Origin: Trichoplax adhaerens
Lineage: Eukaryota; Animalia; Placozoa
Reading direction: 5' to 3'
DNA length: 64,000 nucleotides
NCBI RefSeq assembly: GCF_000150275.1
Contig: NW_002060945.1
Coordinates: 7,392,939 to 7,456,938 of the forward strand
Positions 1 to 13,300 of this stretch are shown in pieces. The stretch's first letter is position 1. Each line of letters begins with the position of its first letter. Below the pieces are notes generated by a model that worked only from the letters and a program-made list of their open reading frames with translations, did not search any database and was not told the origin of the DNA. A program made the translations under genes and the position numbers.

Positions 1-366
1 CACCAATAAGGCTTGCTTGTAATAAATCAATCCTGGTATATGAAGAATTTAATTTTATTTTCCTATCGACCTGTATATGTAGGTAAACAACCATCTATTG
101 GCAAAGCGCAATCAGTACCTCAGTCTGGAATTGTATCAGCAACGGTACAGAAATTTTCGGCAACATTCTACTCATTTCTTTCTTTTCTACATTCTCTTAT
201 ATACGCGTATAAAACATTCTGTCATGTTGATAATTAGAATAATCGATGCCATACTATACGCTATTGCTAGTGTATTACCCCTTGTTGAGCGTATTGAAAA
301 TGAACAAACGATATTACCGATATCAAGTTTTGGACCTAATGGATAATTATAATTTCTTGGTAATAG

Positions 367-812
367 GCTAACGATGGTAAGCGAACGACAAGGACCAATT
401 ATATTTTAAGAAATATAGAGTTAAAAAATCTTGGACCTCAATTTGATGATTTAGATTTCTCTTGCTATTTCGATATGGATAATCGAGAACGTAAAAAATG
501 CCCAAAAAGATGTGATTTTCAAGTCAATAAAAAGTCAATGTAAGTACCAGTATCGATATTCATATATTCAAGGTTGAAAGGACATTTTTTATCACACTCT
601 TAAAACATATTATTATGTATGTATTAATATAACCTCTTATTAAAACAAGTGACACATGCGACTGCTTAAATGTGGATTGTCCTGGATGCTATTTCCCTTG
701 CTCAGAGTGTGGTTCGTTAAAATGTGGAGTTGCTTGCAGAGCAAATCGGAAGTGGTTATATGAAAAAGATGAGATAGAAATCGAGCCAATTCTACGTAGT
801 AGAATGCAATAG
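367..812 (+). CDS. ARL14EP: ARL14 effector protein (ARF7EP) homologue, last two coding exons; 5' part uncertain or outside window
   Basis: Exons 367-539 and 650-812 join in frame across a GT-AG intron to give ...[54 protein letters not shown]. This matches the ARF7EP C-terminal Cys-rich motif CDCLxxxCxGCxxxCxxCGSxKCGxxCRxxRKWLYE. Further upstream exon candidates (~83-144, ~238-291) were not resolved. Confidence 0.85.
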
Positions 813-1381
813 AGGTATTGCAATCACTGTAATCATCATAAAGGTGAACGGGATGGCAAAAAAATCTTCATGGTAATTATTCCCATATATTGTATATACG
901 CGTATATGCTGTTTATTATTGTGCAACTCAGAAACAATACATCTTGTTATATCACCAGTTGTTCTTGTCTACTAGTGTGCAATAATAGTGTATGTTGAAA
1001 TTGTACCCTACTTTCCAGCGAATTCTTAATTTAATTATCAACAAGACTTGAGAGGAGATGCAAGTGAATACCTACACTGATGTAATAACTACAATTACTG
1101 ATACAAATATGAGTAGGCAATCTACTGTTAGAGGAGCCTATTTCGTATATTCTTCACTACACTACTAAATTATTACTTTTCAATTTTACTATAAAGTATG
1201 GAACCCATTTGCAAGGTTGTCCAAAATTCGCTATTATTGCTGTAATAATAATAACATGATAAATAAAAATGTTTGATGCTCATTAACCTTGTCAAAAAAC
1301 CTTGATAAAGCATTTGTAAAGATTGGTGATTGCTGACTAACGTGTATGCAGTTTTCAAGAGAGGCAATTATTGTTTCAGCC

Positions 1382-1587
1382 ACGTTTACTCTATTAAATT
1401 ATCTCTGCGCTAGCTAGCGGAAAAAATTCATGACGGAAATTGATTCGAATCTAATAGCAGTTAATTACTTTCAATATATTGACAACGTTTACTGTATTAA
1501 ATTATCTCTGCGCTAGCGGAAAAAAATTCATGACGGAAATTGATTCGAATCTGACAGTAATTAATTACTTTCAATATATTGACAACA
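1382..1587. repeat. Two-copy tandem duplication, ~100-103 bp unit
   Basis: ACGTTTACT(C/G)TATTAAATTATCTCTGCGCTAGC...TTCAATATATTGACAAC occurs at 1382 and 1485 with a few indels. Confidence 0.9.
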
Positions 1588-2345
1588 TTTCTTAATGTTG
1601 ACATGAAACTAGATAACCGTTTTCTAAGGCTCCAAGCTAAGTGATGTTGTATAATATACAGTACAGTAAATCACAAGGTCTTGAGCATTTAATTGGATTA
1701 GCGTTATTCTATCGGTATGATCGATGGGTTAACTGATGTTTACTGGCTGAATGTAATCAAATTATGGCATTTGTCCCAACCTTAGTAGTTTGTAATAGTA
1801 TTGAGATCATAAAATTAATAATTAATAAGATTAATAGCATTGACAAAGATTTAGCGACTAAAGTCTTCAAGAATATTCCGATGTAAATGAATGTACGTAC
1901 AGGCTGTTTAATTTACAGTAACATTTTTATTACCAAAGGAAGACAAAATGCATGCAATTTCGATATAATACACTGTAAATGAGCGAAAATTTATTGGTTA
2001 TGTATGTGTGAATGTGCCATATTTTAAGATGCATATTACAGGTATTCGTTTTAATGATCCGCAATCGATAAATGCACCAAGTTTGTAATCCCTTAACTAT
2101 ACAGTAATTATATGCACACTTCATAATAAGCTACCAAAAGATCGAATATACGTACTTTGTACAATATACAACTTAGGAATACTACCAAACAATAATACCG
2201 AATCAGCTCTAACATATTGAAACCAAGGGAACGCTAGCCAATATAGATACTTTTAAGCTGTAAGTATCAGCTGTCTTCACTAAAGACTTCATCTGACATA
2301 AATTATAACCTATATTAAATATGAAGTTTGTCATACAATTATTTT

Positions 2346-5300
2346 CTAAGCGACCTCGATGTCATCGCTACTAACTTTTGAATTTTTTTTTTGCTTAGTA
2401 TCATTATTAACTAGCACTTCATTTTTTTCATTTTGCTTTGACGAACTTTTAGCAGGTCTATCGATTTCTTTTTGATCATGAGGATCTCTTTCATTTGAAT
2501 CAATCGTATCATCATCAGCTATTTTTTCGGCATTATCATTACGAGATGCAGATTTTTCATCCTTATTCTTGCCCTTTAATGATATGTTGACTTTTGAGTC
2601 CTGCTTACTTTCAGATTCTTTATCTTCACTTGTATCAGTTTCACCTTTTTTCAATTTAGCAGATTCGAATTTTGCGCCTTGCTTACGTTCAGATTCTTTA
2701 TCTTCACTTGTATCAGTCTCACCTTTTTTCAATTTAGTAGATTTGGATTTTGTGGCCTGCTTACTTCCAGACTCGTTATCTTCACTTGTATCAGTCTCAC
2801 CTTTTTTCAATTTAGTAGATTTGGATTTTGTTGCCTGTTTACTTCCAGACTCGTTATCTTCACTTGTATCAGTCTCACCTTTTTTCAATTTAGTAGATTT
2901 GAATTTTGTGGCCTGCTTACTTCCAGACTCGTTATCTTCACTTGTATTACTTTCACCGTTTTTCAATTGAGCAGATTCCGATTTTGTGTCCTGCTTGCTT
3001 TTAGATTTATTGGCTTCACCCATATCAGTTTCGCCTTTTTCCAATTTAGTAGATTTTGCTTTTACGTTCTGTTTACTTTTAGATTGAGAATCTTCACTTG
3101 TATTACTATTGTCTTTTTTCGATTGAGCAGGTTTGCTTAAAACGTTTGAGTTGCTAGAAGTGTCAACACCAGTGTCGCTATTTTCCTCCTTTTCATCTAA
3201 TTCAGATGATTTCTTTTCGGGGAGACGAGAGCTGTTCTCTCTTGGCTTATTCTAAATATAATTTGTAATATAAATTTAAACATTAGTTTTATAAAAGCAA
3301 TGCCTAGAGGTAGTTATTAAGGAAGTATTTGGTCGCAAAAGTCCTTCAACAGCTTAGTATCTCTAACAATGCATTCAACTATGCTCAATAGAGGGTTTAT
3401 CTATTGCATCATATAACGTTTAAATACCTTCTTCTTGGTGTCTTTACTTTCGTTATCATTGGATTCACTTTCGGTAAGTTGAGATTTTTTGGCTTGTGAA
3501 AGTTAAATTATGGATAAGATTGTCGTCATAAAATAGAATTAAAATGTGCGTTTTAATTTAAGGCGCATATACAGTATATAGATGATAATTATATAAATAA
3601 TTTGCGTTGTACTTTTTTAGGTACCAACGTAAACGTACCTTTGTTTTCACCGTCAGTTTTAGTGTTGTCCTTGTTGGGAATTCTTTAGTACAGAAAAATA
3701 CAGTATTAATCAATCATCAGGCGCAACTGATGTATCCTATACTGTTATACAATTACATTCATTTATTCGAATCACAGTACAATGTTATGAACGTAGGCAA
3801 TGTTCGTAAATGAACAGTCGTATCTTCCTACTGAAGTTCGTAAAAGCTCGCATAGTTACATTAGAATAACTGATAGAAATCAATAGGTAGTTTTATTCGA
3901 TGGAGTAAGTTACTAATGCAAGGAAATACATTAAAAGCGTACAAACATTTGTTAGGTAAATACTAAGGTATCATATCATCTTGTTACATAATCAAAGTCG
4001 CTTATTATTATCATTCTGCCTATTACTGTATATACCGTATATGAGATATTATGCTGTTGTTAAGATATACTATCCCATATTATGAATAAGGACTTAAGCG
4101 TGCTAGCAATATAGTACATTACTTAATTTTATTCCCGCGATTGTCATGTTTGGCGATGTCCTATTTAAATAGGTAAATACTACAATCATTCACATTTTCT
4201 TCCCTTACCCTTTGCAGGATTTCTGCAAGTCGTCGAATTTCTTTTGTAGTAGCAAATGCGAGGCTATGTGAAGGGAATAATAGGGTTATTAATGAGAAAT
4301 TTAAATTCAGCGTAATATACGGTATAATCATCATCTATATACAAGATAACGTCCGTACTCGTATATAGCAACTACTGTAGTGTAGAATTTGAAAAATTAT
4401 CCAATCACATCAGTAACGATTTAATCATTGTAGTCAAAAATCTCTACTTCTTATATATACATATATATATACAATAATTATTATTAAATAATATATCTAT
4501 ATTCATGTACGGTATACTTCAAGCTGACTCAATATGAATATAGTTTAAAAATACCTTCTAACTCGTTGGAATCGCGTTTTCCTTGATCCTATTTGAAAAC
4601 GTTAATGAATACTTATTTATCGAGCATAAAAATTGGCAATTTTAGCAATTGACTTGAAGTATTGTCAACTTTAATTATGTTACAGTACGCACAGATCAAG
4701 CATGCTAATTTGTAATACTACTGAGTAGAGGACATGCTACTTGAATGATATACATCTCGTACATACTGTCGGTTTAAGTTAGCATGTACAATCACAGTAT
4801 AGTAGGTTGCATGAGTATATTTCGATAGAATAGGTATACCAATGGAACATACTGTGCAATGTCCATTATAATTATCATGATGGCATATTTGTTGTCAAGA
4901 ATAAAACAAACTACACAGTCGACTTGAATGTTTGGCGAGGTAATCTCTTTGTCCTACACATAGACTAAGCAGTATTGGCAAGAACATAAAAAGTAGACTA
5001 GCGCTAAAAATTTAAAAATTAAAACAACACTATTATTTGTTCTAAGGTAGGAATTGAACGTGATAACGATTGAACTATTAATGAGGCAGCATAGCAATCC
5101 TCGCTTTCGTTCTTCTACTCTATGGATTGATGATGGGAGAAAATTGCAGGTTACAACCATTTGGCAACTTCATAAGAGCGATCACTTTGTAAGGTTAGGA
5201 CTGTGCTAGTATTACTATGATAGCTACGAGGTTTGTATACAACGATTGCGTACAAGAGTATGAGTATTTTAATTTTCGTTTGGATCGTAGAACAAAAATA

Positions 5301-5795
5301 CTACCGTAAGGTTGTAGCATGATCGTCATGGGTTAGGTAGTGCTGTACCTTCATATCACCAAGCTGAGTATTGAGTTGCTTGGTGGAATTTTTACAGGTA
5401 TCTCTTTCCTCTTTAAGTTGTTGTGATGATTCTTTTAATTTTGCATTAACATTTCTTAATCGGTCAATATCTGTGGTTAATTCCGCTTTATGACTTTCTA
5501 AATGCATCATTTTGTTCTTGAGCTCGGTCATTTGCGATTGTTGAAGATTTTTATTGGATTCATGAAGTTTATCTTTCTCAGCCAAGCGTTCCTCTAATAT
5601 CTTATTTCGCTTTTCAAGATCTGCATTTTTATCTGATAAGCCATTCTTTTCCATCGATGATTGATCTAACCGTTCCGAGAGCATTTTGATTCTATTGGAT
5701 AAACCAACATAGTGTACAGTTGCCATAATGACGAAGATAGTAACACCGATAGCAAGTAATCGAATGCGATTACGATTTGAATTATGTCCATTCAT
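2346..5795 (-). CDS. Type II membrane coiled-coil protein with charged luminal repeats (GOLM1/CASC4/GOLIM4-like architecture)
   Basis: Exon 1 (5795-5349) encodes a short basic N-tail, one TM helix (LLAIGVTIFVIMATVHYV) and a long heptad coiled coil, ending at AAG|GTACAG. Small internal GT-AG exons lie at ~4588-4555, ~4263-4209, ~4160-4123, ~3682-3639 and ~3492-3428 (some phases ambiguous). A large exon 3251-2346 carries Lys/Ser/Glu/Asp-rich repeats and ends at TAG; a small extra terminal exon near 2292 is possible. The family call is from architecture only. Confidence 0.6.
2590..3135 (-). repeat. Coding tandem repeat, ~7 x 78 bp (26 aa: STKLKKGETDTSEDNESGSKQATKSK)
   Basis: The anchor TCTTCACTTGTAT recurs at 2623, 2701, 2779, 2857, 2935, (3013, degenerate) and 3091, an exact 78-bp period. 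Confidence 0.95.
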
Positions 5796-6540
5796 GATCG
5801 CAATATTGGCCTACTACAGCAATAGAAACTTTAACCTAATCGATCCTACTATGACACACCACACTGACTCTTGTGCAATGGATATCTACTACACAAGTTA
5901 ATACAACGTATCGGACACGAGAACGATTGGATGCCAATATGAATTGAACTAATCTTCCTAATCGATCCTGTTGAAAATGAGTGGGAAGAAAATGGGAAGA
6001 AAATGAACAATTTTTCCAGTCGTCTACTCCACGATTAGCCACCACAAGTCGAACCTTTCTCTGGTAGTGGCCGAGGGCAAAACGTGCTACTGCATAGTAT
6101 CGCTACCCATGTACCGCCTTCCATTGCCATACGAAACCTTTTCAAAATTGAATGGATGGATGGCGCAAGCGACACCCGCTCGCTTTTTCCTACTCAGTAC
6201 GGTACAGTACGGACGGAGTGACTAGAGGACAGTGATGTGATCAGAGTGTTCTAGTCAGGACCCTGCTCTAATAATAACACTATAACAATCTCTCGCGTCC
6301 TCCATACAATTCCCCCCTACCGTGATAGGATAGGATAGCGCATTGTACAATGTCCATGTGCAGACAGAATTGGAGGATCAAGATGGCGTTCATGAAGGCC
6401 ATCATGATTTTCCATCCAAGTCTTTCTATCTGTTCTAATTTATGAGTCGTGCAGTAAAGTTTGAGCTTTTTTTCTTCTTTTACTTTACCTCTCTGCCAAC
6501 ACTGGTGTCATAACCCTACATACGAGTACAGTATAGGTAG

Positions 6541-7332
6541 CCGAAAACAAAATGAAATGCCACAGTATGTGGCGCGTATTTCAGTCCGTCAAAAACAAAT
6601 GGCCGAATCTACAATATCGGTTGGACGTTGCATCCATTCGTCTTGCACCAGCACTAAAAGTGCGTAAATGGATGTTATAGTATCGGTGTGTCATCGTTAA
6701 CATCTCAGCTGAGAAGGGTAAGTAATGATTTACCGAAACCAAAAAGAAATGCTACAGTATGTGGCGCGTATTTCAGTCCGTCAAAAACAAATGGCCGAAT
6801 CGACAATATCAGTTGGACGTTGTATCCATTCGTCTTGCACCAGCACTAAAAGTGCGTAAATGGACGAAATTGTTTAATAGTATCGGTGTGTCATCGTTAA
6901 CATCTCAGCTGAGAAGGGTAAGCAATGATTTACCGAAACCAAAAAGAAATGCTACAGTATGTGGTGCGTATTTCAGTCCGTCAAAAACAAATGGCCGAAT
7001 CGACAATATCAGTTGGACGTTGCATCCATTCGTCTTGCACCAGCACTAAAAGTGCGTAAATGGATGAAATTGTTTAATAGTATCGGTGTGTCATCGTTAA
7101 CATCTCAGCTGAGAAGGGTAAGCAATGATTTACCGAAACCAAAAAGAAATGCTACAGTATGTGGCGCGTATTTCAGTCCGTCAAAAACAAATGGCCGAAT
7201 CGACAATATCGGTTGGACGTTGCATCCATTCGTCTTGCACCAGCACTAAAAGTGCGTAAATGGACAAAATTGTTTAATAGTATCGGTGTGTTATCGTTAA
7301 CATCTCAACTGAGAAGGGTAAGCAATGATTTA
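6541..7332. repeat. Tandem array, 4 copies of a 200-bp unit (first copy 192 bp)
   Basis: Units start at 6541, 6733, 6933 and 7133 and differ by only a few substitutions. The array lies ~750 bp upstream of the ATG at 5795. Confidence 0.97.
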
Positions 7333-10300
7333 AACAACAATCTTTGCTATACTCGTAGGGTCTACTGGACATTGTGCAGTACTGGTACAGCGCATAAAAG
7401 CATCATTTAATAACGCCTTGGACATCATCTCAGTGGGGGAAAGTCTAGAATTGAATCAATATTCATCGCAATCTCAAAATTCGCTTAACGAACGAGTACT
7501 TGCATCAAGTATCGTCAATGCAGATGGTATCATGATGTGCTTTGCTGTAGTCTGTAACGCTGCCATTAGACAGTAGTAAACTAACTGCATGGCTACTTTA
7601 CCAGCGCACTTGCAAACAGTTCCATGTGCAGTTCTAAACTTCCAGGCGTGCTGGTGCTGCTGTGCAGTTAAAATGACCGGTGAAAAAGTCCTTTGCTGTT
7701 CTCCTCTTTTTCTTCAGCAATCCCTGCATAGTACAGTATAAATTCCTTCATACCACTATTGCACCCGCAAGATTATCATCTACTGTACATAACTGTGCAG
7801 TGTCTACTCCTCTTATAAGTTCATCTAGGAAACGACAGAATCCAAATCAACCGCTTGCCTTAAATGCACATACAGTATCATTGCAACTGATGTACCTTAT
7901 GCACAGTGATACAGATTACTGGCAGTCTTTGACCCATAAATAGGAAGAAAGGTATTTACTGCAAGTACACACTTGGCTCGCATCAAATTACAAGCTAGAG
8001 AACAGTAATACCAATACTATACAGGTTAATTTATATGTGAAAGACCGCTGCCCTGAAATAAACTTGGGCAAATTCTCAACATTCCAACTCATTACGATAT
8101 GTGTTTTTGGCCTCCAATACCGAGCTACATTTTTTCTATCTCTATGTACTCTAGCTGGTCCAACCACTAGCAACGCAAGCCAGCAAAAGATGATGACAGC
8201 TAAAATTAGAATTCCAATAATACACATTCAATATTACATTGAACGCATCATCTTTTTAAATCCTCCATTTCTTATTAATAAGATGATTAGATAGATGCTG
8301 ACACTATTTCTGAAATGAGCACAAAAAATGGAGGGGGCTATAAAAGTTAAAACATATAGCCTTCACGGCTATCATATGCAATAAAAATTCAAAAAGAATA
8401 GAATACCACCATATCAAGTTAATTTAATTGAATTCATTAACGTAGTTAATTAGCTTAAATTGTCTGTTTTTGTTCTCTACAGCGTGATTTAAAAAAACAT
8501 GTAATCATCTGATTGAATGTATTTTAATTTTTTCGAATCTGTAAGTTTTCATCCATTCCTATAATAATGTCTAAAGGTTTTTAAAAGTGCCTAAATCATG
8601 CTTGTCAAAAGTCAAGAAAGGCAGGCCTTAAGTACAAGTATGGTAGGCACAAAGTGAAAAATGGTACACCACGCGTACTACAAGTACATTGGATATCCAC
8701 TTGGATATAAATACTTCTATCTATCTGTAATAAAACGTTTGTATGATAAATAAGGCTATCAATAAATTTTATCTTACTTGCAATATTGAACTGTATGTCT
8801 TTTCAACGTGCAATACATAGTTGTACGTCCAAAATATACTTTAGAATTGTTGGATTTTATTACAGCATTTTACAAAGCATGCTCGCTATCGTTATAAGGC
8901 ATCTGTGCCTTATCGTCCTTCATTATGACATTTTTGCCTTTACAATATTCGATTTTATTCTATTTTATCATGCTGTACTATAAAGCTTCCACTTCACAGA
9001 TAGACTACGATATCGACATATACATCTATCGATAAATAGCAATTAGTGAATTTAATGTTGGAGCGTGATGTCCTATTGTCGTGTTAAAGGGACGATTTCA
9101 ACTACTATATAGTAGAAAGATATTATTATTACCGTAGTCGCTTATAAATAAAGTATGACATATGGTATTTCATAATAAGATAGTGTACATACTACTTGCG
9201 GATATTTGTCCTAGTATGTCATGATAATATTTATTTGAACAGTCTACAACTGTTATAATTCAGTAAAGCGAAGTATTGGTGTAAAGTTATATCCAAGCAT
9301 AAAGTTTCCATCGCATTAGAGATATAGCAGATTACATCTTTTATTGATCAATAGATATGTCGAGTAAATTTGTCTGTATTGATTCATGATTTAAACTTTC
9401 TAGATGAAATTAATTGAAAGTAATCCTTGGACTACTAGTGCTTGTACAATAGTGCTCGTCTCTAACAAGTAACATACATTTCATACTAGAGTACACGTAG
9501 AAGACATCGTTTAGCTTGTTTTACATTTATAATTAATTAATTAGTAGTACCTTAATAGCTATTTTCATTCAAATATTTTCAAATAATACAATGTATGCGT
9601 ATCGTAAACAGTCTACATTATAATATAGATTAGTGCAGTAACTATCCTATTATTACACTTTCGATTAGTGCTTTGCTGCATTGATTTATGGTATTACAGC
9701 ATTTGCTTTAAAGCATTTAATTCACCGTCCAGTATTCATATCAGTTGATTGCAAACTAGTCAATTTTGCACATCGAGATGGCATCGCCAAAGATAAATTG
9801 CGTAATACATTATTTTAATAAAGGTCTAACCTACAGTATACATTTTCGTTGATTGTACGGTACAAGTTTGCTTTAATGTTATAAAATCATAGAGCACTGA
9901 TATTATCCATGAATACAGTAAGTGTGGAATATCTGTATGAGAAATTAGCAGTCCTACAAGCTGAATTGTACAACAATTAAACGATAATTTTGAAGTTAGA
10001 CACGAATTTAAGTAAAATACTTTTCAAGTTTACATAGACAAAAACCGTGACTATCCTTGGCTTTTAACGGCCTTGTGGCTACTAAAAGATGTTTAAAGAA
10101 TTTTACAAATACAGTATCATTATAAGATTGGAGGACTACAATTAATATGGCTTTTATACTTTCTTGGCTTAATGACTGAATGCTGGAAGCAATATTGCTA
10201 AATAATACTTCAAAGGATCGTTTATGATATTATTAAATAATCGGTTATATTCCTTGAAAATTCTTTATGACAACTAAAATATTTCTTATTTCTCTTTCAA

Positions 10301-13300
10301 TGACCATGTTAACATGATTGACGTGCAGGATATTTGAAATTTAATTCGTATTTAACCTTTGAAGAAGTTAATGCTAGGGGCAATTTTAGTAAAATGGGAT
10401 AATTAAGCTTTCCTTCATTTTATGGTGTACGCGTGTTATTGTCAGTCCTTAGTATATTACTTTTGGTACATAGTACTGTACAACAGCCGTATACTGGCTA
10501 TAAGCTATGGTCATTACTAGTCATAATAAGTGCAATGGAATACTCAAACTATTATAATTGAAGCACATTAAAATTTAATTTATCTAATTTTTGTGCTATA
10601 TTTATGGTACCACTCATGGCATATCGTTAATTTTCATCTTTTTACAAAAGTAACCGGAAATATATTATATATTGCTAAATGTAGAGATGGGTGCGATAAA
10701 AATGATTAAGTTGTATTGACTAAAGTTTATAGTTAGCACAGGTATTCAACTTTGCTATTTTGGTAATATTTTTAAAACCGGTGACAGTGTATTGATAATA
10801 CAATAAGTATTTGGCTACAATGTCTACTTATAATGTCAAATAACTGATATAAAATAGGCAATTGACAAAGCTGATAGCAACAAATTAGTAGTTCGATGTC
10901 TAGAAGAAATTGATTAATTAAGTAAAATAAAGACTTGTAAATTATAAAGGAATATCGATAAGTATAGATAAATTCTTATTCTGGCCTACCATTGACTATC
11001 TATCTGCCTACAATACTTATCAATCAATCACTAAAATGGTTATAATTCTACTATTTTTAGCTTTAATAAGTAAATTATTATCTATCCTTATAACCTTACT
11101 GCACTTTTATCCGCCGACAATATATTCAATTCTATTTACTTTCTTCAAACCCAGTTAACATTATTACTATTTAGTTAATCGTATCAATAATGCTAGGCTT
11201 GAATAATTACTGTATTAGTAGATATTTTTAACAGTTTGCTTCTATTTATTTCAATATGACAGGGATTTCTAAAAATCAAACAGTACTATAACTAGTAGAT
11301 TCATTTTCTGATAGTAGTGACATGGTATGATATTATAATCGAATCTTTATCATAATGATGTCATTGTAAGGGTGGGATATTCAAGGAAATTTTTCTTTTC
11401 TTACAATATTTATAGCTTGTATGTTAGATAATGATAACCTTTTATGGCCCCACATTTGGTATTGAAGTCATGATTAAATATTGCGAAGTAATAAAACATT
11501 TTAATGCGTTTCTTTAGAAAGGATAAAATTATTAGTAAAAGATACTAGTGAACGTTTGCAAGTTTATATGTTATCTGATCAGTGACTGAGTGGAAAGGAA
11601 TTAACCGCATTACATAACTATGACATTACGCAAATACTACGATATTGTAACTAGCGACTACTAAACATCTTTATCTATTGTTTGTATTGTGGGTTTGCTG
11701 AACGTCCCATTTTCTTCTTCATTTAGATAGGAGAGATTTGGAGTATCGTTTTTGGATGGGAAAGAGGTTTAGTAGTCCCTGGCATAACTATGTTAATTAA
11801 AGCTAAGACCCATTTAGGTAGTAAAAATATTCTTAAACGATAACAGGAAGTTTTTTATTGCCAATAAAAGAGTCTTGTCTTTTCTTCATCTGTCCGAAAA
11901 TATCTACATACGCGTAAAATAATCCTTTATACTATTATTAGACTAGTACATATACCGGTGATTCTAGCTAGCATGGCCACTTTCTCGTGAAAGAATAACC
12001 AGGAGGAAACGTGCCTAAAAATTGCAAGTCTATTTTATGCTTCATTGTATACAGCTAATGTTATTTTTACTTATCAATTTTATTACTAGAATACTATTGT
12101 CATTAATATCGATCAAAAATTAAAAATGGGTTTTCAAAAAGCTTTCACGTGCATTTATCAATTTTCGATATCATTTGAATTTATGAATACTATTCATATG
12201 TTTTATGTAATAGAACATGGTATGAAGGTGTTCCCGTTATAAGTATTATCGAGCAATGTACCACTATAATATCATAATTGGTAATGGATTATTAATCATG
12301 ATCCATTTCTTGTTATTCGAGCAATAATCGCGTTCATTTATTAGCGAAATAAACGTAATTTTGACCATTAAATATCTATTGTGATATTGGTGTGTTGTAA
12401 AGAGAAATATAACGTATGCACATCATTGACATATGTTGTAGAATTTTATAGTTATTTAAAGTAAATATCGTTGATGCGCTGAAAAGGTTGCCAAGATACA
12501 TAAATTCGACTAATTTAATTAGTGATGATTGTATAGCATGAATGCCAGCGAATTTATTCAGTAATGAATTATTAATATGCTATTAATTTAAGCGATATCT
12601 ATATAATATTTTTTTGTAGACGGAAATAAATGAAAATAAAGCGGATAAGTGTTTACATGGATAGATCGCGTTAATGTACCGAAGTAACGTAATATGCAAT
12701 GATATTCTTCTGTGCGTTCATTGGAGCTCCTTCATATCCAGTTTCCCTAATACATTACAGATTTTTTTTTAAAGAGCATTTCGTATTGAGATTAAACTAC
12801 TTGAAAATGAATTGACTTGATAAATTATCATTATCTGATGTAGATGAAAAAATGATAGAAATTATTATAAAGCCAAAGTATTATTTACTAAAGTTCACAC
12901 GAAGGCCGATGTTGCCTTAGTAACCTCTGTAAAATGTTCTATACTGTGCTCTACAATGAAATGTATGATGTTGTATCCCACTGTAAAGCGTTCTGGCTTT
13001 AATCGACGCTTTGCGTTTATTACTTTATTGTTGATTGAGAAAATATTATGCGATCACTGAGTACGACAAGTATAGTTGGTAAAGTGTAAGCTATAATAAA
13101 AGAGCGTAGCTTGAGTACTTTGCAAATTGCGTGTATCCTTGTATCTTCCATATACAGTATATCACTACTCAACGGCTTGTCCTTGAACTAATAAGCAATT
13201 CGGTAGCGAAGCTACAGATATTGTCGTAGTGTACTAGTTCTTTCTAGTATAGACAATATCATACTTTGATATAGACAGGCTACTATAGACTACAGTACTA

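Noticed and set aside
2569-3140. Plus-strand hydrophobic repeat ORFs (133 and 153 aa)
   Set aside because: Antisense shadows of the 78-bp coding repeat on the minus strand.
6063-6107. tRNA-Leu/Ser-like start GGTAGTGGCCGAG
   Set aside because: Too short; no T-arm (GTTCRA) or anticodon arm, so no cloverleaf.
6759-7410. Three near-identical 83-96 aa ORFs (MWRVFQSVKNKWP...)
   Set aside because: By-products of the 200-bp array, each shifted in frame because 200 is not divisible by 3. No recognisable domain; the minus-strand DVNDDTP cadherin-like word is flanked by stops.
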